Source: an uncultured Gammaproteobacteria bacterium (GTDB lineage Bacteria > Pseudomonadota > Gammaproteobacteria > Eutrophobiales > Eutrophobiaceae). From it: a DNA stretch of 64,000 nucleotides. The position numbers were made by a program, and so were the translations under genes. This document shows, piece by piece, positions 30,195 through 39,068 of the stretch. The notes beneath the pieces were generated by a model. It did not search any database. It was not told where the DNA came from and saw nothing but the letters and a program-made list of their open reading frames with translations. Every line of letters begins with the position of its first letter. Position 1 is the first letter of the stretch. Where the stretch lies: positions 2,250 through 66,249 of the forward strand of contig CALSOP010000003.1 in the NCBI GenBank assembly GCA_943788005.1. Direction: 5' to 3'.

Positions 30195-31145
30195 TCACTC
30201 AAAGTAAGCTTGTTCCATACTTGGGTAGAGTTGCAGCACCCCACGTTTATACTCTTCATGAAGAATATCCAAAGCTTGGAATCTTTTGGGCAATTCCAAT
30301 TCTAATGCCTCGCTGATGTCTAAACCCTTGTCCAAAGCAGATTGTAAGGTCTCGTGTAACCAGGAAAGATAATCATGCGTCTGAATCATCGCATGTTGAT
30401 CAGTCGTCACCGGTCCATGGCCCGCTATCAAATATGTGTAATCCAATTCTTGTAACTGGCGGATACTGTTTAGCCAGTTTTGAATATTGGCATTTGCGAC
30501 TGCTGGGGTTCTATCATGAAAGATTAAATCCCCCGCGAACAATACACCTGTAGTGTGATCGTAAATCGCCATATCGGAATCAGTGTGACCATCGAGTGCA
30601 ATTATTTCTATATCATGGCCACCAATGGTGATCTTTCCAGGCGTAACAACTTCAGTTGGTGAATAGGCAACGGTTTCTTTCATCCAATCACCGACTAAAG
30701 CATATAGGTTGGTATTAAGCGCCTCCCCTTGTGAATCTATAGCATTTACTATTCCTTGCAAGCTGGCAATCGAAACGTCTTTGAACGCCTGATTACCCAG
30801 AAAGTGATCGGGGTGATGGTGCGTATTAAATACTTTAATGATAGAGAGGCCGGTGGTGGACTCGATGTATTTGCGCATCTGTTTGCCATACTGATACGAT
30901 GACCCAGTATCAATGACTATTACACCACTGTTAGTAACGACATAAGCAGCATTAGCTATATTTCCGCCATTCTTTTTTGAAAAGTACTTGGTCGAACCGA
31001 TAAAGACATAAGTGCCCTTTCCTACTGGTTCAGCTACCAATTTATAATCAAGTTCACTCGCATTGATTAATTGTAAATTAAATAAACTCAGCACTAGCAC
31101 AAGTAGGCTTGTTTTAAATAGTCGTCTTATATAATAAATATGCAT
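30195..31145 (-). CDS. Secreted SoxH-like MBL-fold zinc metallohydrolase (quinoprotein-relay-system type)
   Basis: HHHPDH metal-binding motif (NTHHHPDHF), a later GH and DLIFH, and a signal-like N-terminus (MHIYYIRRLFKTSLLVLVLSLFNLQLINA). Lies 16 nt downstream of the SoxYZ-like gene. The track ORF extends to TTG 31223. Confidence 0.7.
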   Translation of the reverse strand: MHIYYIRRLFKTSLLVLVLSLFNLQLINASELDYKLVAEPVGKGTYVFIGSTKYFSKKNGGNIANAAYVVTNSGVIVIDTGSSYQYGKQMRKYIESTTGLSIIKVFNTHHHPDHFLGNQAFKDVSIASLQGIVNAIDSQGEALNTNLYALVGDWMKETVAYSPTEVVTPGKITIGGHDIEIIALDGHTDSDMAIYDHTTGVLFAGDLIFHDRTPAVANANIQNWLNSIRQLQELDYTYLIAGHGPVTTDQHAMIQTHDYLSWLHETLQSALDKGLDISEALELELPKRFQALDILHEEYKRGVLQLYPSMEQAYFE

Positions 31146-31239
31146 TTGTCTGTACGAAGAAAGATTACTTGAAATATTCATTTTGTTGTAGCTCGAATAG
31201 TATTGCGCGGTAATGCTTAACAATCTAAAAAAATCAGAA

Positions 31240-32058
31240 TTATTGTAATACTTGATTTATCAGGTTGCCGTTATTATCACGACCAGACAGAACAATCCCT
31301 TGGAATAGCTTGCTATCAAGATCTACACTGAAAAACGGATTTTCACTTACTGGTTGATAGGATTCAATATGTGCTATCAATTCACCATGCTTATCTTTTA
31401 ATTCCAGCGTTTCGATATAAAACTCCGGAATACCCGGTGCGAGTCCGGTATCCATAGGATGCATAATTCGAAAACGCAGCCTGTCGGGGCGATCTGCTCT
31501 AGACCAAAGACGTGATTTAACATCACCTAAGGTATCTACCCAATTGTCTAAAGCACGACCAAGGCTGGGTGCGGTACAACCGCCGCCAGTAGCATCTAAC
31601 CAACTCCCGCCGACATGCCATACACCATCTTTTGTTCTCGCTGCTGCACGAACTGGGGTTGAGTTTTGAACTTTAAACCGAAAAGCTATGAACGGCTCTA
31701 TTTTGCCAGGATGAAAGTTCAAGATTTCCTTGATAGGGTTCAGATCAGCAAACAATCTGATCTCTTCAATTTCACCAATACCATCAACATTAACTGAAAC
31801 AGGCACATTCATCGGGTCTTCAGCCATATCTGGGACGACGACCTTGACCCTGTCATCAAATATAACGGTTTCATTAGATAAAATAAGTTTATGCACAAGA
31901 TTCCAACTGGGGGAATCAAGTGGATCCACTAAAGGTTGGCTATATGTAAGATGAGCCATTGTTAAGAGCCAGAGGCTAAGAATAAATTTAATACCGGTCT
32001 TTAATGACATAATTTGTTTAATCATCGAATGTTTCTTTAATAGTGTTGAGTTCGCCAT
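31240..32058 (-). CDS. Quinoprotein dehydrogenase-associated SoxY/SoxZ-like fused carrier protein
   Basis: 272 aa with a signal peptide. An internal Gly-Gly-Gly-Cys (DATGGGCTAPS, Cys161, codon at 31576-31578) resembles the SoxY GGCGG carrier loop, and the C-terminal half is SoxZ-like and beta-rich. Family name is from memory of TIGRFAM descriptions. Confidence 0.6.
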   Translation of the reverse strand: MANSTLLKKHSMIKQIMSLKTGIKFILSLWLLTMAHLTYSQPLVDPLDSPSWNLVHKLILSNETVIFDDRVKVVVPDMAEDPMNVPVSVNVDGIGEIEEIRLFADLNPIKEILNFHPGKIEPFIAFRFKVQNSTPVRAAARTKDGVWHVGGSWLDATGGGCTAPSLGRALDNWVDTLGDVKSRLWSRADRPDRLRFRIMHPMDTGLAPGIPEFYIETLELKDKHGELIAHIESYQPVSENPFFSVDLDSKLFQGIVLSGRDNNGNLINQVLQ

Positions 32059-32201
32059 TCTGTGTTAGTAAACCAATATTGTTAAGAGTTTCATATTATA
32101 ACTAGGAGTTGAAAACTAGATGATATGCGCGCTACAAAGACTAAGCTTCTTGTCATTATTGATGAACAATAAAAGATAGGGTTTGTGTTATCGATCAACC
32201 T

Positions 32202-34202
32202 CTAACTTTGAACAACTTTTGAGTTTCTATCTAGCCCATGTTTTTTTAGCTTTAAGTACAAAGTGCTCTTTGCCATTCCTAGGTGATTAGCAGTCTTTGT
32301 AAGATTTCCGTTATTAGACTTTATTGCAGAGCTAATGATAAGCCGCTCCGCATCTTCAAGAGAAATATTGCTGTCATTCAAAATCACATCCTTTAGAGAA
32401 GCGTTACTACCATTCTCTATCGGTTGATCTTGAAATTCACCGGGTAAATCTTCAAGTGTCACTGTATCTGTTTGGCACATTAAGACTGAACACTCTACAA
32501 TATTGCGTAACTCTCGAATATTACCTGGCCATTCATAACTTTTTAGTGTTTTGATAAAATCCGAGGCAAACTGTTTTTCTTCCACACCATCCCGCTTCGC
32601 TATTTCCTTAGCAAAGGAATGTATTAACATTTCAATGTCATTCTCACGCTCACGAAGGCTAGGAATAGAAAGCGTTATTACTGAGATACGATAAAATAAA
32701 TCCATACGGAAAAGCCCTTCTTTCACATCAAGATTTAAATCACGATTTGTTGCCACAAGCACACGGAAATTTACCTTACGCTGCTGATGATCTCCAAGAC
32801 GGCAGATCTCACCTTCTTGTAGTACGCGCAAAAAATTAGCCTGAATATCTAATGGTAATTCGCCAATCTCGTCCAGGAAAAGCGTGCCTCCGTCTGCTGC
32901 TTCTATCTTTCCCTTCTTCCCACCTCGTACAGCGCCGGTAAAAGCACCCTCGACATAACCAAATAACTCACTGGTAATTAAATCTCGAGACAATCCACCA
33001 CAGTTCAGAGTTATCAGTGGTCCTTTACTATTAGGTCCTGCAGCATGGATAGCTTTGGCAAACATTTCCTTACCAACACCAGTTTCTCCCTGAATTAATA
33101 TTGGCACTGGGAGAGTAGCGAGGCGTTGAGCTTTGTGTATTGTTTTTTTCAGTGCACTACTAGAACCGACAATATCCTCAAAATATTTTCTATCATCATT
33201 CAATGATGGTTTGCTACTAATTGTATTTTTTGATGACCCCACAAATACCGTATGTGGCGAGGGAATTATTAGCATGCTACCTAGTTGATCCTGCCCTTCC
33301 ATAACAGGTTCAATCCATTCATTTCGCAGCCATTCTGCTTCAAGCATTTTAGACTCGCTGTTATTAATATCATGAATAAAATTCTTCCCGTTATTCTTTA
33401 AGTCAACGCCGCGCGATGCTAGATTTGAAGCAACATTCTCGTTGGCTTTAACCAAATAACCGTAATTATCCAGTAGCATCAAAGCATCATTTGTCGGTGA
33501 AGAAAAAATCGAGACTGCCGCATTTAACAAACGATTTTTTTCCTCTAATTTTATACCTACAAGTCTACTTTCTATCCTACCGGCAGCTTCGACAACCAAT
33601 GCTTGAGTATGGTAACTAAAATCGCTTGTTAACCCTGACAGATCCAAGGCACCTATTATTTCTTGGCTTCCAGGATCTCTGATCACCATTGCAGTGCAAG
33701 TCCAGGACTTTATTCCTTCGCAAAAGTGCTCTGAGGTATTAATTTGTATTGGCATTCCAACGGATAGAACAGTGCCTATTGCATTTGTGCCGGCGGCACG
33801 TTCGCTCCAGTTTGCTCTGACAGCCAATCGAATATCATGACCATCTTCAACCGTTTTTCGATCACCCTCAACATGTAGACATATGCCATTTCTATCGGCC
33901 AAAATCATCATAGATCCGGAACCTGCGAGTAAGTCACGCGCATGTTCCATTACCGGTTTAGCCGCTTCCACCAATTGTGCATTGTCTTTAAGAAGTGTTT
34001 GGTAGGTCTTGTCGTTAACGCTTAAACGAGTTTTACTGCTTGAGGGATCTACACCATCTTCCAGACACCTTGCCCATGAATCACTTATAATTTTACGAAT
34101 CGAATTTTTGGGGAGTTCGCCGCAATTAACATATCTATCCCAGGCCAAATCTACTTTTCCTGGGTTGATGTTAAATGGCGTCGCTTTATAAAAATTCTTC
34201 AT
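32202..34202 (-). CDS. Sigma-54-dependent transcriptional activator, AcoR/AcxR type (GAF-like sensor + AAA+ + Fis HTH)
   Basis: 666 aa with Walker A GETGVGKE, the GAFTGA motif (EGAFTGAV), DEIGELP Walker B and a C-terminal HTH (NLTKTANHLGMAKSTLYLKLKKHGL). The N-terminus is AcoR-like. Confidence 0.9.
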   Translation of the reverse strand: MKNFYKATPFNINPGKVDLAWDRYVNCGELPKNSIRKIISDSWARCLEDGVDPSSSKTRLSVNDKTYQTLLKDNAQLVEAAKPVMEHARDLLAGSGSMMILADRNGICLHVEGDRKTVEDGHDIRLAVRANWSERAAGTNAIGTVLSVGMPIQINTSEHFCEGIKSWTCTAMVIRDPGSQEIIGALDLSGLTSDFSYHTQALVVEAAGRIESRLVGIKLEEKNRLLNAAVSIFSSPTNDALMLLDNYGYLVKANENVASNLASRGVDLKNNGKNFIHDINNSESKMLEAEWLRNEWIEPVMEGQDQLGSMLIIPSPHTVFVGSSKNTISSKPSLNDDRKYFEDIVGSSSALKKTIHKAQRLATLPVPILIQGETGVGKEMFAKAIHAAGPNSKGPLITLNCGGLSRDLITSELFGYVEGAFTGAVRGGKKGKIEAADGGTLFLDEIGELPLDIQANFLRVLQEGEICRLGDHQQRKVNFRVLVATNRDLNLDVKEGLFRMDLFYRISVITLSIPSLRERENDIEMLIHSFAKEIAKRDGVEEKQFASDFIKTLKSYEWPGNIRELRNIVECSVLMCQTDTVTLEDLPGEFQDQPIENGSNASLKDVILNDSNISLEDAERLIISSAIKSNNGNLTKTANHLGMAKSTLYLKLKKHGLDRNSKVVQS

Positions 34203-34619
34203 GAGTAATTCGCCTTAATTTACTAATATATTGCACGCGTTTAAACCATGTTAATTTGATGACAAGTTAGTTAGATTCCTGAAACACTGATTATGCTTAT
34301 ACATGCAGATCTTTGTCTGCTCAACTAAAGTGTCAAAACGTACGATAATCGTACTCCTTGAAACTACCTTAATCAAGCACATCACAGCCTGCATTGAAAT
34401 CTAGACAAAGGGAAAGGACTATATATTTTAAAACTATGCCTTTGTTAATGATAGCCCGGTTGGGCTTTCACTGGAAGGACTTAAATTACTGAGGCAGCTA
34501 CTTCTAATCTTCCATATGAGTTCGCTTAAATGCAGTAACACATTCCTATTATTAATGTAAAACAAGCTTTTTTCTGTTTCTACAGACCGTCAGTAAACAC
34601 CACCCATAGTCTAGCAACA

Positions 34620-35495
34620 CTATTCCTGTGGGTAATTTATTTTTGCTGCTGGAATGTGATAACTAGCATTATATTTATTGAATATATTCTTAATCGTTCC
34701 ATCATTGATTAAACTAGTCATGGCATCCTGTAGTGATTTAGACAAAGCTTGATTACTTGCTTTAACAGCTAACCCCTGATCCCAAGAAGCCTTCGCGATA
34801 CCAGGCATCTGCATTAGACCAATTTGATATTTATTTTTTGAATCGTCCAGTGCTGATTCTATTTCAGTACGCATACCCATCACCGCTGTTACATCCTTCT
34901 TTAATAGGGCCTGAATTGCCTCGGGAATTGAGTGGTAATGAAGTACATTATTTCTAATTTGCCCTCTATACGCGCCTAATAAATAACCATCTGCCATTGT
35001 GACGCGTTCAACACCAATTTTATTGGAGAAAAAAGCGGTTATTTGTGGATTGCTACCAAGTTGTTCCGGGTCGGCGGCAACCACCACCTGATCTTCAAAA
35101 TAAGGTGCAATGAAACTAATTTTATCTTCCCTTTTCATAAGATTTTCATCGTATGGAATATGCAACATAACATCAGCTGGTGGACCAGTGACATGATGCC
35201 CTTTCCAAACATAGACTCTTAAATCATCTTCCAATGATTCATCTGCAAAAACTAAACGAATATTCGCTTTAAGTCCCAACTTTTCGGCTAATGCTCTGGC
35301 GATATCAACATCAATACCTTCGGCTTTGCCATTTGCGGCTTGATATGAATAAGGTGGGAAATTATCGTATGCAGCAAACTTCAGAATGCCACTGGTAATT
35401 CCTGCTTCAGTCTCAGCATGAACTTGCCCAGTGAATAAGCATGCACAATAAATTATAAATACAGATAAGCGGACCAATTTTATTTTAAACATCAT
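34620..35495 (-). CDS. Quinoprotein dehydrogenase-associated periplasmic binding protein (MoxJ/XoxJ-like, PBP family 3)
   Basis: 291 aa with a signal peptide and a family-3 solute-binding-like sequence. Starts 3 nt after the cytochrome c gene in the ADH operon. Confidence 0.75.
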   Translation of the reverse strand: MMFKIKLVRLSVFIIYCACLFTGQVHAETEAGITSGILKFAAYDNFPPYSYQAANGKAEGIDVDIARALAEKLGLKANIRLVFADESLEDDLRVYVWKGHHVTGPPADVMLHIPYDENLMKREDKISFIAPYFEDQVVVAADPEQLGSNPQITAFFSNKIGVERVTMADGYLLGAYRGQIRNNVLHYHSIPEAIQALLKKDVTAVMGMRTEIESALDDSKNKYQIGLMQMPGIAKASWDQGLAVKASNQALSKSLQDAMTSLINDGTIKNIFNKYNASYHIPAAKINYPQE

Positions 35496-35497
35496 TA

Positions 35498-35941
35498 TTA
35501 CTTCTTAATTGCAATTGTTTCTATCCATGCCCAAATAGCCCAGAGTGCTTCTTGGCTAAACGGTCCGCCATCGGTTTCTGCAAACACAGGCATATAGGTG
35601 ATACCATTTCTAACAGCGCCTTTACGAACTCGCATAACAAACCAAGCATCATCTTCAGCGTCATGCTTCATCTTTCTCAGATCAGGATTTATACCACCTG
35701 ATATACCGCCAAGGCCATGGCATCGTGCGCAATTCTGACCATAGGCAGCTTCACCTACTTTTATAGCCGTTTCATTACCAGAGTATGGGTTTCTTTCTAG
35801 CCATTCGTCACCGAGATCTTCTAATCCGTCAATATTTATAGGCTGAGGAGCTACATCCCCGTGAGCAAATACCTGTATTGAAAAGAATGACATTAAACAG
35901 GCAAGCAGCACTGTAATGGATAAATATTTTCTATTTTTCAT
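35498..35941 (-). CDS. Periplasmic mono-haem c-type cytochrome, likely electron acceptor of the PQQ-ADH (ExaB/PedF/XoxG-like)
   Basis: 147 aa with a signal peptide, one CARCH haem-binding motif and a downstream Met (YMPVF). Confidence 0.8.
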   Translation of the reverse strand: MKNRKYLSITVLLACLMSFFSIQVFAHGDVAPQPINIDGLEDLGDEWLERNPYSGNETAIKVGEAAYGQNCARCHGLGGISGGINPDLRKMKHDAEDDAWFVMRVRKGAVRNGITYMPVFAETDGGPFSQEALWAIWAWIETIAIKK

Positions 35942-36094
35942 TGACTAACACCCTTAACAGTTTTCATAAGTTATTACTTTTCGACCTTACATGTCGTAAT
36001 AGAGTTCATTAATTTGTTCCGCTAAAGAACAACAATTGAACACGACATCTCTAGATAAAATCAAAGAATAACAAAATTTATAATGATTATAAGT

Positions 36095-36123
36095 AACAAG
36101 GCCAACATTACGTTGACCTTGTT
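36095..36123 (-). promoter_or_regulatory. Intercistronic stem-loop between the ADH and cytochrome c genes
   Basis: AACAAGGCCAAC-ATTAC-GTTGACCTTGTT pairs 11 of 12 bp. No adjacent U-run, so it may stabilise or attenuate the transcript rather than act as a full terminator. Confidence 0.3.
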
Positions 36124-36182
36124 ATAGTTAAACTTATTAGGCGACTACTTACACTACCCAATAATATTAAACTTAAAAGTTA

Positions 36183-37934
36183 TTAATAGAGCTTGAATAC
36201 AACTAAGCTTGCGCCCTGATTAATACCTTCTATTTGCTTAGCAACTTCACCACCCCATAGCGGTACGGCTGCACCCCAACCAGATGGAACAGCTACGAAC
36301 TGCTCGCCGCCTTGCTCCCAAGTAATTGGTGAACCTACAATACCTGAACCGGTATTATATGACCAAAGCTCTTTACCTGTTTTAGAATGGATAGCTTTAA
36401 AATGACCTTCTGGTGTTCCGTAGAATACAAGATTACCAGCTGTAGCCATTACACCACCCCAGAGAGGACCTTTGTTCTTAACTTCGAAAGCCTTCTTGCC
36501 GGTCATAGGATCATAAGCGCGCAAAACACCGATATAATCATCGAACAATGGTTTGATACTGAAGCCAGCACCCATGTACGCAGCACCCTTCTTATAAGTA
36601 ACTGGTTCATTCCAAAGATCCATGCCCATTTCGTTAGCCGGGATGTAGAACAAACCAGTGTTTTGGCCATACGCCATACCCATCCAGTTTGTACCACCTA
36701 GGAAAGAAGGAGAAACAGTAATAACCGAACCTTTCTTGCCATCGGCACTTTCAGCAGGATTGCCAGGACGTTTGCCCGCTTCGATAGGACGACCCGTCTT
36801 CAAATCGATTGATGTAGCCCAACTGTGACCTTCAACAAATGGAAATGCATTTACCAACTTACCATTCGTTCTATCAAGCGTGTAGAAGAAGCCATTTCTG
36901 TCAGCATGTGATGCCAGTTTTTTATCACCCTTGTTGAATGCGACAGTGTGGTTAGTACCATCATAGTCCCATGCTTCATTAGGCGTGTATTGAAAATGCC
37001 ATTTAATCTTACCGGTATCTGGGTCAACTGCGATTGTTGAAATAGCATACAGATTGTCACCAGGACGCATGTGTGAATTCCAAGGCGCTGGATTACCCGT
37101 GCCCCACATGATCGTTTTAGTTTCATGATCGTAGGTACCTGAATTCCATGGTGCACCACCACCTACTTTCCAAAGATCGCCAGGCCATGTTGCATTCAGT
37201 TTACCCGTCATACCGTTTGGCTTACCGTTTAATGTACCTATATGACCTTCAATTGTTGGTCGTTCCCAAACCAGCTTACCGGTTTTAGCATCAAATCCCC
37301 TCAACATACCAACGATACCGAATTCACCACCAGCAACACCGATGATGACCTTATCTTCAGCAATGATAGGTGCTGCAGTTGATGAATGGCCCGCTTTGAA
37401 GTCACCTAGAGACTGCTTCCAAACAATTTCACCAGTCGCAGTATCTAATGCAACAAGTTGTGCATCTAAAGTACCAAAGATGAATAGATTGTCGAATAAC
37501 GCACCACCACGATTAACAACGTCACAGCATGGCAGAATGCCTTCTGGTAAACGATGTTCGTACTTCCAGATTTGCATGCCTGTTTCAGCATTGATAGCGA
37601 AAACACGGTTGTAAGAAGCTGTTGTGTAGATTACGCCATTATGTACTAATGGTTGAGCTTCTTGACCACGCATTTTTTCTCCACCAAAGGAGAAGGTATA
37701 TGCGGGTGCTAATGAACTAATGTTTTTGTCATTAATTTTAGCTAGTGGGCTCCAGCGTTGACCTTGTGTACCCATACCATAAGATACAACGTCACCTGTT
37801 GTCGTAGCGTCATTAATAATGTCTTCAGCAGTAACACCAGCAGCAGAGCTACTCATAGGCAACGCGATTAATGCGCCAGCTATTGTTATAGATTTAAGAA
37901 AGCCTGAATCACAGGCACCTGAGATATACTTCAT
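36183..37934 (-). CDS. PQQ-dependent alcohol (ethanol-type) dehydrogenase, ExaA/PedE/PedH clade, with lanthanide-type Asp signature
   Basis: 583 aa with a signal peptide. It is colinear with ExaA as I recall it (EDIINDATTTGDVVSYGMGTQGQRWSPL; vicinal CC in LPCCDVVNRG; WGG...FKLY end). The WDYDG motif has Asp where Ca-type enzymes have Ser or Ala. Confidence 0.92.
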   Translation of the reverse strand: MKYISGACDSGFLKSITIAGALIALPMSSSAAGVTAEDIINDATTTGDVVSYGMGTQGQRWSPLAKINDKNISSLAPAYTFSFGGEKMRGQEAQPLVHNGVIYTTASYNRVFAINAETGMQIWKYEHRLPEGILPCCDVVNRGGALFDNLFIFGTLDAQLVALDTATGEIVWKQSLGDFKAGHSSTAAPIIAEDKVIIGVAGGEFGIVGMLRGFDAKTGKLVWERPTIEGHIGTLNGKPNGMTGKLNATWPGDLWKVGGGAPWNSGTYDHETKTIMWGTGNPAPWNSHMRPGDNLYAISTIAVDPDTGKIKWHFQYTPNEAWDYDGTNHTVAFNKGDKKLASHADRNGFFYTLDRTNGKLVNAFPFVEGHSWATSIDLKTGRPIEAGKRPGNPAESADGKKGSVITVSPSFLGGTNWMGMAYGQNTGLFYIPANEMGMDLWNEPVTYKKGAAYMGAGFSIKPLFDDYIGVLRAYDPMTGKKAFEVKNKGPLWGGVMATAGNLVFYGTPEGHFKAIHSKTGKELWSYNTGSGIVGSPITWEQGGEQFVAVPSGWGAAVPLWGGEVAKQIEGINQGASLVVFKLY

Positions 37935-38068
37935 ATTTACACCCCTCTTTGTGTTGTTATGAACTGGCTGTTATCCGCAGCCATGGGTAAAACATTAAAA
38001 CGATTAAGTTTAGTAATAATCTAAAGTTTAATCTCTTAATCTCTAGACTATAAACCAATTTGCTTACA

Positions 38069-38085
38069 TGCAATGCATGCGCCAT
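38069..38085 (-). promoter_or_regulatory. Sigma-54 promoter for the PQQ-ADH operon: TGGCGC-ATGCA-TTGCA (minus strand)
   Basis: Reverse complement of plus-strand 38070-38084 (gcaatgcatgcgcca). It matches TGGCAC-N5-TTGC at 9 of 10 positions, ~135 nt upstream of ATG 37934. Confidence 0.65.
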
Positions 38086-38315
38086 CAGAGTAATTGCTTA
38101 GATAACTAACTCTATTATCTCTGATTACAGTCAGTTATAGACATTTATTAATGTTATTTATAAATATTTATAACCGTTCGAATTTAAGCCGTCTCATCAA
38201 AATCGGACGGTTTATTTTAGAACTACTGATAACTAGCAAAATTAACACTTATTTGGAGTTCTAACAATATAAAAGAATTGTTAAATCACAGTAAATTTAT
38301 TGTTTAAGATTAAGA

Positions 38316-38332
38316 TGTTGCAAAATGCAACA
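38316..38332. promoter_or_regulatory. Perfect palindrome TGTTGCA-AAA-TGCAACA (candidate activator-binding site)
   Basis: 7-bp perfect inverted arms, ~240 bp upstream of the ADH sigma-54 promoter. A near-identical copy lies at 51224-51240. Confidence 0.5.
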
Positions 38333-38427
38333 GATAAAAAACCGTAACAATAAACTTCATGACTGCCGCAGGTTTATAAGACATGGAAGGATCAAATTTA
38401 AAGTCTTAACGGCACGAGTAATAGAGA

Positions 38428-38466
38428 TAAAAAAAGCCACCTGTTATTTCTAACAGGTGGCTTTTA
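38428..38466 (-). terminator. Rho-independent terminator after acxC
   Basis: Minus strand has AGCCACCTGTTA-GAAA-TAACAGGTGGCT (12-bp stem) followed by TTTTTTT, ~30 nt after the acxC stop. Confidence 0.8.
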
Positions 38467-38493
38467 CTTTACAAAGTGCTTAAGTTTACTAAA

Positions 38494-39000
38494 TTAAGCA
38501 GCTATTCCCTTAGGTACTTTTAATCCTACCCATTTGTAGAATTCTGCAATATCAGGTTCAAAATCATGGATTACTGGATACCAAGGTACTGGCGCTTCAA
38601 CATCATGTTGACACGCACACTCTGGGCAATAGTACTCACGATAAACCTGCCATTCCGCATCAGGAGACATCAATTTAGGATAAACCTGGTTAAATTTTTC
38701 GACACTATCACGAACATAGATAAGTGCATTTAACTTCCAGTTTTCCGTATAAGGACCGAAGACATAGCCACAGTCACATTTATTAACGATATCACCGTTT
38801 TTATCTTCGACGATGTACAAGTGTGGCGCTAATGGTAGGACAATTTTATCTTCCCATTTTGCTCTTTCTTGTAGAACCTCTATGTACATAGAGAATCGCA
38901 ATGGATCCTTCGGCATGAATAACATACGTCGGACCGTTTCCCAATCAAGTACACCGTCGATTAATTCGGCAACCTGCTTTTTTGTATATGTTGTAGACAT
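38494..39000 (-). CDS. acxC: Acetone carboxylase gamma subunit
   Basis: 168 aa. ..PKDP.RF..Y.E.LQER..W.DKI.LPL.P.L..., NWKL, YCPECACQHDVEAPVPWYPVIHDFEPDI closely parallels AcxC of Xanthobacter as I recall it. Confidence 0.88.
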   Translation of the reverse strand: MSTTYTKKQVAELIDGVLDWETVRRMLFMPKDPLRFSMYIEVLQERAKWEDKIVLPLAPHLYIVEDKNGDIVNKCDCGYVFGPYTENWKLNALIYVRDSVEKFNQVYPKLMSPDAEWQVYREYYCPECACQHDVEAPVPWYPVIHDFEPDIAEFYKWVGLKVPKGIAA

Positions 39001-39068
39001 TTTAAAACCTCTAATAATTTATTGTTCAAGCATGTGGGCGTATCAAACGCCCACAAACGCAGAATGTT

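Noticed and set aside
36183-37934. First impression was XoxF, the lanthanide methanol dehydrogenase, because of the downstream cytochrome c and MoxJ-like genes and the methylotroph context.
   Set aside because: The N-terminus and overall block order follow the ExaA/PedE/PedH ethanol-dehydrogenase clade (EDI.ND..TTGDV..YGMGT..QRWSPL) rather than XoxF or MxaF. I therefore call it a PedH/ExaF-type ADH with the Ln-type Asp. Clade placement still needs a phylogeny.
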